Shown here piece by piece: positions 37,804 through 46,389 of a stretch of DNA of 64,000 nt. The notes beneath the pieces are model-generated. The model had not been told where the DNA came from. It saw only the letters and a program-made list of their open reading frames with translations, and ran no database searches. A program made the translations under genes and the position numbers. Where the stretch lies: contig VGKQ01000003.1 in assembly GCA_016866995.1 (NCBI GenBank), positions 118 to 64,117 of the forward strand, given 5' to 3'. The DNA comes from Candidatus Pacearchaeota archaeon (GTDB lineage Archaea > Nanobdellota > Nanobdellia > Pacearchaeales > GW2011-AR1). Numbering within the stretch: position 1 is the stretch's first letter; every line of letters begins with the position of its first letter.

Positions 37804-38477
37804 ACAAGAAAAGATTATTTGAATCTCAGAAACATGTATTTTGGACTGCCTTAATTTTGAGCATATTTGTTTTTGCGGGCGGGATATTTCTTGGATTCCT
37901 GCTTGAAAATTACAGGACAGGCAAGCTGGATGTTGTTCTTGCTCAGTCTGAACTTGATTTGCTTGATGTAAAAATTCAGAATGATTTGTATTCTTTTTCT
38001 GATATTAACTGTTCAAATGTTATACAAGAAAATATAAATTTTGCAGACAGAATTTATGAAGAAGCCAAGATGCTTGACAAATATGAGCAGGCTTCAAGAC
38101 TTTCAGGCACTATTATACTCCAGCATAAAAAATATGACTTGTTGAGAACTTTGTTTTGGATAAATGCCATCAAGCTGAAGCAAAGATGCAATGCTTCTTA
38201 TCATAATGTTGTTTATATTTATGATTATAATAACCCAAGGCTTGATATTAAGGCAAAACAGATAGTTTTTTCAAGAATTCTCTCTGAGATTAAGCAGGAA
38301 AAAGGGAAAAGCGTTATGCTTATTCCCATTGCAGGAGATAATAATATATATTCTGTTAATATTCTGATGAATTCTTTCAATATTTCAGAACAAGAACTGC
38401 CTGTAATATTAATTGACGAGAAAATCAAAATAAAAGAAGTAGAAAACAAGGAAGAAATAAAAAAATTTCTTGATTAA
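37800..38477 (+). CDS. single-pass membrane protein coupled to the GT2 gene
   Basis: The ATG overlaps the GT2 stop (ATGA). One N-terminal TM helix. No family recognised. Confidence 0.5.
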   Translation: MNKKRLFESQKHVFWTALILSIFVFAGGIFLGFLLENYRTGKLDVVLAQSELDLLDVKIQNDLYSFSDINCSNVIQENINFADRIYEEAKMLDKYEQASRLSGTIILQHKKYDLLRTLFWINAIKLKQRCNASYHNVVYIYDYNNPRLDIKAKQIVFSRILSEIKQEKGKSVMLIPIAGDNNIYSVNILMNSFNISEQELPVILIDEKIKIKEVENKEEIKKFLD

Positions 38478-38541
38478 TTTAATATTATATTTGAGTATAG
38501 AAATTAATATAAATAACTAAAATAGCAAAGATAGGATAAAA

Positions 38542-39435
38542 ATGGAAATCTGCTCGAGGTGCTTAAGAAGTGAAAAAGAAGTCAAATTGCTTGATGCAGT
38601 CAGCGGCAACGACATAATCAAGATTTGCGAGGAGTGCAGCTTTCTAGAAAATATCCCAATAATAAGAAAGCCAACAAGCTTTCAGCTGAAAGCTGCTGAA
38701 AAACCATATACTGTCTATGAGAGGCTGGCAAGAATGTCCGGAGTTAAAAGAGAAAAAAATCAGCAAAGGCAGCAGTTTCATGAAGCCAAGCCCTCTTTAA
38801 CATTAGATAATATTAGAAAGCCAAAGGATTATTCTCAGATTTTACAGGGAAAGTTTGATGAGGCAAGAAAGGCAAACATTCCCATTGACTTGATAGATAA
38901 TTTTAATTGGCATATCAAAATGGCGAGGAGAAACTCCAAGATTTCTCTAATTCAGCTTGCCATGAAAATAGGAGAGGATGAATCTGTTTTAAGGAGAATT
39001 GAAGACGGATTTGTTCCTGATGATGCTTCAAGGATAATAGGGAAAATTGAGCAGTTTTTTGGATTAAGATTAAAAAAATCCAGCATTGAAGCAGAAAAAA
39101 CAAGCATTGAAAAAGCAAGGCAGCCCGCGAGGATTCTCAGCTTCAAGCCAGAAAGCATGAAAAATTTAACAATTTCTGATTTGAGAATAATGAAGCAGGA
39201 AAAAGAAAAAATTGAAGAAGAAGAAAGGGACAAGGAAATGGCAGAAAAAATAATTTGGAGAGGAAAAAGCAAGAAAGAGAGAGAAGAAGAAAGGAAAATA
39301 ATAGAAGCAGAACAAAAAGCAGAACAGGAAAGTCCTGAAGAAAAAAAATCGAGAAAATCATTTTGGGATATATTCAAGAAAAATACAGAAAGTGATGAAG
39401 ATAAGGAAATTGATTTGAAAAATGATGAAGAATAA
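38542..39435 (+). CDS. zinc-ribbon plus XRE-type HTH protein with K/E-rich tail (MBF1-like layout)
   Basis: CSRC ... CEEC zinc ribbon, then the HTH segment ISLIQLAMKIGEDESVLRRIEDG, then a low-complexity E/K tail. Confidence 0.45.
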   Translation: MEICSRCLRSEKEVKLLDAVSGNDIIKICEECSFLENIPIIRKPTSFQLKAAEKPYTVYERLARMSGVKREKNQQRQQFHEAKPSLTLDNIRKPKDYSQILQGKFDEARKANIPIDLIDNFNWHIKMARRNSKISLIQLAMKIGEDESVLRRIEDGFVPDDASRIIGKIEQFFGLRLKKSSIEAEKTSIEKARQPARILSFKPESMKNLTISDLRIMKQEKEKIEEEERDKEMAEKIIWRGKSKKEREEERKIIEAEQKAEQESPEEKKSRKSFWDIFKKNTESDEDKEIDLKNDEE

Positions 39436-39473
39436 ACAACAAGCTTTTTAAACTGCTTTTTTCTCACTAATTT

Positions 39474-39743
39474 ATGAAAGTTGAATATATTAAGGATGAA
39501 AAGAATGAAGCCGAGATAGAAATTGATAATTTGACAATTGCTGAATTATTGAGAGCTTATCTTGCCAAAGATGAAAATGTTAGTTTTGTAGCATGGAAAA
39601 AAGAGCATCCAAGCAAGAATCCTGTTCTAAAAATAAAGACTAAAGGAAAAACAGTAAGAAAAGCTGTTTCTGATGCAATTTCTGAAATAGAAAAAGAAGC
39701 TGACAAGCTTGTTGCTGAATTTAAGACCTCAAAAATTAAGTAA
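39474..39743 (+). CDS. rpoL: DNA-directed RNA polymerase subunit L (Rpo11)
   Basis: 89 aa. EIEIDNLTIAELLRAYL ... VSFVAWKKEHPSKNPVLKIKT matches the Rpo11/RpoL pattern. Confidence 0.8.
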   Translation: MKVEYIKDEKNEAEIEIDNLTIAELLRAYLAKDENVSFVAWKKEHPSKNPVLKIKTKGKTVRKAVSDAISEIEKEADKLVAEFKTSKIK

Positions 39744-40000
39744 TTTTTGATGGCATTCAGAAATCTAAAGATTTCTGATGAAGCTAAATAAAATTTAATT
39801 TATATCTATTGGTATCTGCAATAATAAAGTTATATTAATTTAGTTATAATATTTTGTTGATATAAATAATGCATAATGTGACATTTAATACTTAATTTAT
39901 ATTAATTAATTCTATCTTGCTATTTAGCTAATTTTACAATTTATATGCTGATTAAGGTTAATTTTGAAATATTTATAAAGTATATTTGGTGTTGTTTATT

Positions 40001-41041
40001 ATGAAAATATTATTTGGGGTGTTTGACTGGGGGCAGGGGCATGCTACTCGAGACTTGCCTCTTATTTCTGAACTTGTGAAGAAAAATGAAGTTGATATTA
40101 TTTCTACTGGAAGGGCTCTTGCAATTCTCAAAAATAGATTTGGGAAAAAATGCAGATATTTTGATGTTCCTTCTGTTTATCCTCCATATCCAAAATCAAG
40201 CCTTTTTGTTTTGAAATTTTCAGTTTCTATTCCCAGAATGCTTTCTGACTTGAAGAAAGCAAGAAAGATATCTGAAAAAATAATTGCTTCTGGCTATGAT
40301 ATAATTATATCTGACTGCAGGTATGATGTTTATGACAAGAAAGAGAATTCATTTTTAATAAATCACCAGTTAAAATTCAAGTCTCCTGCATTTGAATTTG
40401 TTGCTGAAAATTTTCTTGCTTCTGTTATGAGCAAGTATGGGGCTGTTATTGTTCCTGATTTTCCTGGCAGAGAACTTACAGGAGAATTAAGCATGAATCC
40501 GAGGTTTAATGGAATAGTTGAATATCCTGGAATTCTGTCTCAGCTGAAAAAAAGAAACTTGAAAAAGGATATTGATTATTTTTTCTCAATATCTGGGCCA
40601 GAGCCGCAGAGGACAATTTTCGAGGAGAAAATTCTCGGGCAGATTGAAAATTTGAGTGGAAAAATTGTTGTTGCAGGAGGAAATCCTGATGCGACAAAAA
40701 AACAGGAAAGAAAAAACATAAAATTTTTCAGCTTTCTTGATTCAAAAAAGCAGGAGGAAATGATGAACAGAGCAAAGTTTATTGTAACCCGCTCTGGATA
40801 TACTACTATTTTAGAGCTTTCAGAACTTGAAAAGAAAAACGTGCTTCTTGTGCCAACTCCCGGAATGACAGAACAGGAGTATATTGCTGATTTGTATGAA
40901 AAAAAGAAATTCTGGCACCATGTTCACCAAGATAAATTAAACTTGGAAAAAGATATACAAGATGCAAGAGGATTTTCAGGATTCAAGCCAAGATGGAAGA
41001 CAAAAGAATCTATAAAAAAGATTTTGAAAATTATTTTTTAG
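40001..41041 (+). CDS. GT-B fold glycosyltransferase (MGT/MurG-like)
   Basis: N-terminal GQGHATR and a C-terminal SGYTT ... E motif region. ATG at 40001 preferred. Confidence 0.55.
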   Translation: MKILFGVFDWGQGHATRDLPLISELVKKNEVDIISTGRALAILKNRFGKKCRYFDVPSVYPPYPKSSLFVLKFSVSIPRMLSDLKKARKISEKIIASGYDIIISDCRYDVYDKKENSFLINHQLKFKSPAFEFVAENFLASVMSKYGAVIVPDFPGRELTGELSMNPRFNGIVEYPGILSQLKKRNLKKDIDYFFSISGPEPQRTIFEEKILGQIENLSGKIVVAGGNPDATKKQERKNIKFFSFLDSKKQEEMMNRAKFIVTRSGYTTILELSELEKKNVLLVPTPGMTEQEYIADLYEKKKFWHHVHQDKLNLEKDIQDARGFSGFKPRWKTKESIKKILKIIF

Positions 41042-41702
41042 TATTTTCCAATTCTTTTCCGTTGAATATTCTATTTCCTATCTTATAAATTCCATAAGTT
41101 ATAAAGAAAGCTGCAAGAACATCAATTGAATAATGCTGGTGAAGCAAGAGGACAGTTATTCCCGTTATTATTGATGCAACAAGAAACAAGAAACTTAAAG
41201 ATTTATTTTCTTTTCTGAATATTAAATAGCCAAGAAAAGGAAGCCCCGTGTGCCCTGAGAAAAACAAGTCATTTTGAAAATAAAAACTTTTTATGAGCCA
41301 TGGAAAATTAATAATTATAGCGTCTGCTGGAGTTTTTAAATGAGTCATAATTATAAAAATTGCCCGTATGAAAACCCATAAACTAATTAATCCAAGAAAA
41401 TAGTGTATTTTTTTAGGATTGAAAATAAATGGATAGACATATAAAAAAGTTGTTATTATTGTAAATACCCAGACATAAATAAATATCAAGACAGAACTGT
41501 CAATAGCAGGAACGTGGCTGAGAATCAAGTCAGGAACTTCTATAACTTCTGCATCTGTTGTTGTATATGAGCCCGCTAAATAATAAATAAAAGAAGTAAT
41601 AACAATAAAAAACAAAGCAAGAAGTATCTTATTTCTATGTTCTATGATTTCATCTTTCCACTCTTTCAATCTTTTTCTAAATTTTGTCATTTTATTATTC
41701 AT
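41031..41702 (-). CDS. PAP2_C / sphingomyelin-synthase-like membrane lipid phosphotransferase
   Basis: Six TM helices with SGHTG and HYSIDV motifs, matching the S-G-H-T and H-Y-x-x-D-V motifs of the SMS/PAP2_C family. Confidence 0.55.
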   Translation of the reverse strand: MNNKMTKFRKRLKEWKDEIIEHRNKILLALFFIVITSFIYYLAGSYTTTDAEVIEVPDLILSHVPAIDSSVLIFIYVWVFTIITTFLYVYPFIFNPKKIHYFLGLISLWVFIRAIFIIMTHLKTPADAIIINFPWLIKSFYFQNDLFFSGHTGLPFLGYLIFRKENKSLSFLFLVASIITGITVLLLHQHYSIDVLAAFFITYGIYKIGNRIFNGKELENTKK

Positions 41703-41871
41703 ATCTTTGCAGGTTTAAAAATGTTCATTTTTGATAATTAATAAATAATCTATATAATTAACCCAATTTTGTAATTTATTATTATTTAATTTTTTGAATA
41801 GTTTTATGATAATGTTTTTAGAAAAGAGACAAAATAGGTAAATATAAAAAAGCAGAAGCTTTTATTGAAAA

Positions 41872-42414
41872 ATGGTTGGAGAATACTCGCAGGAAGAGGG
41901 AGCAAGATTGTTAAAATTAGCGAGAGACAGCATAAATGAGGAATTTTCTGGAGAAAAAGTTAAATTTCCAGAAGGAAAGAAATTTATGCAGGCGAGAGGG
42001 GTTTTTGTTACTTTAACTAAAAATAGTGAATTAAGAGGATGTGTTGGGTTTCCGTATCCAATTAAGTCTGTTTCAGAGGCTGCTTATGAAGCTGCCAAAT
42101 CATCTGCTTTTTCTGATTTCAGATTTTTAAAACTTGATAAATCTGAATTAGAGAAGATAAAAATTGAGATTTCTATACTTTCTATGCCTCAGGAGACAAA
42201 ACCAGAAGATATCAAGATTGGAAGAGATGGATTGATGTGCAGTTATGTTGGGTATTCTGGCTTGCTTCTTCCGCAGGTTGCTGTTGAGTGGAAAATGTCA
42301 AGACTTGAATTTTTAGAGGCAGTGTGCCAGAAAGCAGGATTGCCTAAAGACAGCTGGCAGAAAAAGGGGTTTTCCCTGAAAAGATTTTCTTGCCAGATAT
42401 TTAAGGAGCAGTAA
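41872..42414 (+). CDS. AMMECR1 domain protein
   Basis: RGVFVTL ... LRGCVGF signature. Confidence 0.8.
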   Translation: MVGEYSQEEGARLLKLARDSINEEFSGEKVKFPEGKKFMQARGVFVTLTKNSELRGCVGFPYPIKSVSEAAYEAAKSSAFSDFRFLKLDKSELEKIKIEISILSMPQETKPEDIKIGRDGLMCSYVGYSGLLLPQVAVEWKMSRLEFLEAVCQKAGLPKDSWQKKGFSLKRFSCQIFKEQ

Positions 42415-43009
42415 AATTATTTCTTTAATCTAAATTAGCCGAGCATAACCTTAAATTAGTTAATTAAAATTTTGTGGGTTTTTATTCAATATTTTATGTT
42501 TTTGGCTTTTTGAAAAGATTTAAAAATGCTGAATTTGTATATTTTTTTATGAGTGGAAATCCAGCCACAAGACAAGCAGATGTTGCTTTTAGGGAACAAG
42601 TAATAAAATATACTCTTGGAGATACAGCAAGCATATGTCCTATTTATCTTTCTTTTGAAGCAGGCAGAAAAGTTCCAAATCAATGCAGAAGTTGTAATGG
42701 GACAAGAGAAACCTGCCAAACTTTTCAGTTATACTTGGATGTGAGAAGAACTGTTCAATAAATTAACTTAATTTTTATCAAATATTTTTTAATTTAATTC
42801 TCTAATTGTTATTAATCATTATTCTACAGCTTGATGCAGAAAAAGCCAAGGAAAAATCCACTATTATCACAAGAATTATATAAATTAAAGCTTGTTGTGT
42901 GGAGACATACTTATTTGTTATTTATTTAATTCTGGAAAATTATCACAATAATCCTTATTAATCTCTTTCTCTTTAAAAGAGAAACAAAATAGGTTTATAT
43001 AAATATAAA

Positions 43010-43753
43010 ATGGAAATAGAGAAAGAAAGGAAGATATCAGCTGGAAGCTATGATTTGAACAGGTTTTTGTATGGGGGATATGAGAAAGACATTATTACAA
43101 CTATTTATGGAGCAGCTGGGACAGGAAAAACTAATTTTTGTTTGCTCACAAGTGTCTCTCTTGCCAAGAAAAACAAGAAAGTCATGTTTATTGATACAGA
43201 GGGGGGTTTTAGTGTTGAAAGAGTTAAACAATTATCTGGAGAAGAATATGAAAAAGTTTTAGGAAATATAATCTTGCTGAAGCCAGTGAGCTTTGATGAG
43301 CAGGAAGAGGCTTTTTCAAAATTGCTGAGAGAAATCAAGAAAGATGAGATTGGATTAATTGTTGTTGATGGCATGACTATGTTGTATAGATTAGAATTAG
43401 CAGAGGCAATAAAAGAGAAAAGTGAGAGCAGGATTAGAGAAATTAATTCTAAACTTGCAAAACAATTAAGAACTCTTGCAGAAATTGCAAGAACAAGAAA
43501 TATTCCTGTTATTGTAACTAATCAGGTTTATTCTGAATTTTTAAGCGAGGAAGATTTTAAAGCAGGAAAGCAGAGAGAAATTCATATGGTTGGAGGAGAC
43601 TTGTTAAAATACTGGAGCAAATGTCTTCTCGAGTTAAAAAATGAGAAAGGAAAAAGAAAATTAATTTTGAGAAAACACCGCTCGCTTCCTGAAAAATCTC
43701 TTGAATTTGAGATAATTAGTTCTGGAGTGAGAAAGAGGGGCTGGTTAGCTTAA
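43010..43753 (+). CDS. radB: RadB (RecA-superfamily) recombination protein
   Basis: Walker A GAAGTGKTNF, Walker B LIVVDG, short archaeal RadB length. Confidence 0.8.
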   Translation: MEIEKERKISAGSYDLNRFLYGGYEKDIITTIYGAAGTGKTNFCLLTSVSLAKKNKKVMFIDTEGGFSVERVKQLSGEEYEKVLGNIILLKPVSFDEQEEAFSKLLREIKKDEIGLIVVDGMTMLYRLELAEAIKEKSESRIREINSKLAKQLRTLAEIARTRNIPVIVTNQVYSEFLSEEDFKAGKQREIHMVGGDLLKYWSKCLLELKNEKGKRKLILRKHRSLPEKSLEFEIISSGVRKRGWLA

Positions 43754-45184
43754 TTGAGAAGTATGTTCTAGAGCCGCAGCTTTTATATCTGTTGCCTGAT
43801 AAATTCCTCTGCCGACAATAGCATGCCAGGAATTTCCTGCTACTTTTGCTGCATCTTCAATCTTTCCTCCTTGGGCAACAAAGCCTGGAGCATAGAAAAT
43901 TGGAGTGACACCTTCTGCTTCTATTACTTCTTTAATTTGTTTTATAATTTCTGGCTTATTTCCTGGAACAACAAAATTATTTACTCCTTCCTGTGCCGCA
44001 ATTCTATATATTTCAAGAGCACCCTCGTCTGTTATAAATCCGCCCTCGCTTACAGCATATGCAGGATGAGTCATTCTTCCACCCACAATAACCTTTAATC
44101 CTTTATCAATGGCATGATAAATCCATGCTCTTTCTGTTTCTGGACCAGATTGGGGGAAGAAAATAACTGCATCAACACCTGCTTCTTTACAAACTTCTGC
44201 AAAATTTTTTCCTGTATCAGGAATATCTGTCCCTGCTTTTTGATGATCATATATTATTGGCTTTTTAGTATATTTTCTAGCAGTTTCAACAATTTTTCCT
44301 AGTCCGTATTTTAGACTTAACTGAAAACCTATTTTATACCCTCCAATTTCTTTTATTTTTGCAGTTTCTTTTACTATTTTTTCAAATTCTTCTATTGTTG
44401 GAACATCACATGCCGGAATAATACTTCTTTCTGTTTCAATAATCTTTTGCTCTGTTTTTCTTAACATCTTTTTCACGCTTTTAGTCCCGTAGGTTCTTAG
44501 ATAATTCATCATTCTCTCAATATCTTCCTTTTTTATCTCTCCGTTTGGAGTTTTTAGTGGTATATTTTCTATTAGAAAATCTAAAACATCAAGGGCATTT
44601 ACAATAGAAACAACCCGTGTTCCGGTTTTTGCTTCGTATTCTTCTATTGCACTTTTTCCATCCACTCCAACCTCTTGCCTGTCAACAGCAATTGCCAGTA
44701 GAGGAAGATTAAAATCACCAATACTTTGCAAAACCTCTCTTGCCTGATATTTTGCATCTCCTGCTGTGAAAACATCATCTAGTTGTATAACAGACTGATT
44801 GTTTTTAGGAGCCATTCCAACAACTAAAGCTTTAATTCTTTCTGCCTGGCTTAAATTTGTTGCCTCTCCATATTCTTTAGCAACTTTTCTTGTGAAAAAC
44901 CAGCCAGTATTCTTCCCTTTTTTTGCCATTGCTATTGCAGTCGCAACTGCAAGTGCGTTTCCTTTTTCAGGAATGCCATATAACAAATCAAAACTGACAC
45001 CAGAATTTAATATTGAGTCTGCATAAAATTCTCCCAATACCTTTGTTGATTCGCCTTCATTAAAATCCCCTACATTAACAAACCACGGAGAAATCCTCTT
45101 GCTTTTTAAAGAAAAATCCCCTCCTATTTTTAATGCTCCAGTTTTAAGCAAAAACATAATAAATTCTTTTTTGTATTGTTGCAT
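43745..45184 (-). CDS. pyrE-pyrF: bifunctional orotate phosphoribosyltransferase / OMP decarboxylase (PyrE-PyrF fusion)
   Basis: The N-terminal half has OPRT features (FSLKSKRISPWFVN, PRPP loop VIQLDDVFTAGD). The C-terminal half has OMPDC features (CDV ..., YDHQKAGTDIPDT, VGRGIY). Confidence 0.8.
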   Translation of the reverse strand: MQQYKKEFIMFLLKTGALKIGGDFSLKSKRISPWFVNVGDFNEGESTKVLGEFYADSILNSGVSFDLLYGIPEKGNALAVATAIAMAKKGKNTGWFFTRKVAKEYGEATNLSQAERIKALVVGMAPKNNQSVIQLDDVFTAGDAKYQAREVLQSIGDFNLPLLAIAVDRQEVGVDGKSAIEEYEAKTGTRVVSIVNALDVLDFLIENIPLKTPNGEIKKEDIERMMNYLRTYGTKSVKKMLRKTEQKIIETERSIIPACDVPTIEEFEKIVKETAKIKEIGGYKIGFQLSLKYGLGKIVETARKYTKKPIIYDHQKAGTDIPDTGKNFAEVCKEAGVDAVIFFPQSGPETERAWIYHAIDKGLKVIVGGRMTHPAYAVSEGGFITDEGALEIYRIAAQEGVNNFVVPGNKPEIIKQIKEVIEAEGVTPIFYAPGFVAQGGKIEDAAKVAGNSWHAIVGRGIYQATDIKAAALEHTSQLS

Positions 45185-45294
45185 TGTCTTTCGTGAACTA
45201 AGAAGTATTTAAACCTTTTTTATAAAAATTCATCAAAGAAGAGTAATAAAATTTTTCAAGATAATTTTAAATAATCTTGTTTTAATCTTAAAAT

Positions 45295-46359
45295 ATGTAT
45301 TTTGATATGCATGTTCATGACAGGGGAGGCAAGGAAGCTTACAAGGGAGAGGATGAGCAACATGCTCTCATTGTTGCAGAAAAAGCTGGCGTGGATGGGA
45401 TTGTAGTTATGCCCAATCTTAATCCGCCTGTAACAACCCGAGAGCTGGTTGAGGAAAAACTTGCCAGAGCAGATAAAGTAGGTTCAAAAGTTTTTTATGG
45501 AGTTTATATTGGATTGACTTCTGATTTGAAACAGATTGATGAAGCAATAAAAGTTTGCAGAGATTTATTTCCAAGAGTGCCTGGAATGAAAATATATCTG
45601 GGGAGATCAGTAAGTGATTTGGCTGTAACAACTGAGAGTAAACAGAGAAGGGTTTTTGGCCGTTTAGGTTACGGAAATTACAAAGGAGTATTAATTGTTC
45701 ATGCAGAAGAAGAATTGCTTTTAAGGCCGGATTTATGGGACCCTGAAAATCCTATTAGTCATTGCAGAGCCAGACCTCCAGAAGCTGAGCTTGAATCAAT
45801 TAAAAAAGCAGTTTTATATGCTCTTGAGAGTGAATTTATAGGATGGCTTCATATTACACATGTTTCAACACCAGAAGCTGTTAAATATATTAATTCTATC
45901 AAGAGAAATTTGCTAAGAACAGAGCATTGTGCGTTTAGAGGAATTTCGTGTGATGCTACACCCCACCATTTATTTATGTATGATGAAATGATGAATTTGC
46001 CTGGGGGAATTGTGCTTAAGGTAAATCCTGCTTTAAGAACTATAGAGCAGCAACAGGGTTTATTGCAGTGTTTGAAAGATGGAATGATTGATTGTATTGC
46101 AACAGATAGTGCTCCACACAGCTTGCAGGAGAAATTGCAGCCCCCGTATTTGTCTGGGTATCCAGGATTAGACAAGTGGCCACGAATAGTTAGAAAATTG
46201 AGAGAACAAGAATTATCACAGGAGCTTATAGATAATTTAACATTTAATAATCCTGTTGGAATTCTTGGATTAGGAGGTTGTGTTAAGAAAACCGAGAATC
46301 CAGGAGATTTAAATTTGAATGAGTATACTTATGGAAATGAATTCTGGGCAAGAATATAG
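45295..46359 (+). CDS. pyrC: dihydroorotase-like amidohydrolase
   Basis: DMHVH metal site at the N-terminus and CIATDSAPH near the C-terminus. Confidence 0.7.
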   Translation: MYFDMHVHDRGGKEAYKGEDEQHALIVAEKAGVDGIVVMPNLNPPVTTRELVEEKLARADKVGSKVFYGVYIGLTSDLKQIDEAIKVCRDLFPRVPGMKIYLGRSVSDLAVTTESKQRRVFGRLGYGNYKGVLIVHAEEELLLRPDLWDPENPISHCRARPPEAELESIKKAVLYALESEFIGWLHITHVSTPEAVKYINSIKRNLLRTEHCAFRGISCDATPHHLFMYDEMMNLPGGIVLKVNPALRTIEQQQGLLQCLKDGMIDCIATDSAPHSLQEKLQPPYLSGYPGLDKWPRIVRKLREQELSQELIDNLTFNNPVGILGLGGCVKKTENPGDLNLNEYTYGNEFWARI

Positions 46360-46389
46360 TCCAATAAAAATAAATTTTAAACTGTTAAA

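Noticed and set aside
38952-39467. 171-aa Ser/Phe/Leu-rich minus-strand ORF. Many similar antisense ORFs appear in the track, for example 3614-3923, 9070-9457, 34787-35128, 46461-46913, 51656-52174, 53408-53767, 53848-54456 and 57453-58052.
   Set aside because: These are antisense shadows of K/E-rich or well-supported genes on the other strand. They have low-complexity translations.
42474-42761. 95-aa + strand ORF (a possible shorter form starts MSGNPATRQ) with a Cys-containing C-terminus.
   Set aside because: The N-terminal part reads like AT-rich intergenic sequence, an equally long antisense ORF overlaps it, and no family was recognised. Confidence is too low.
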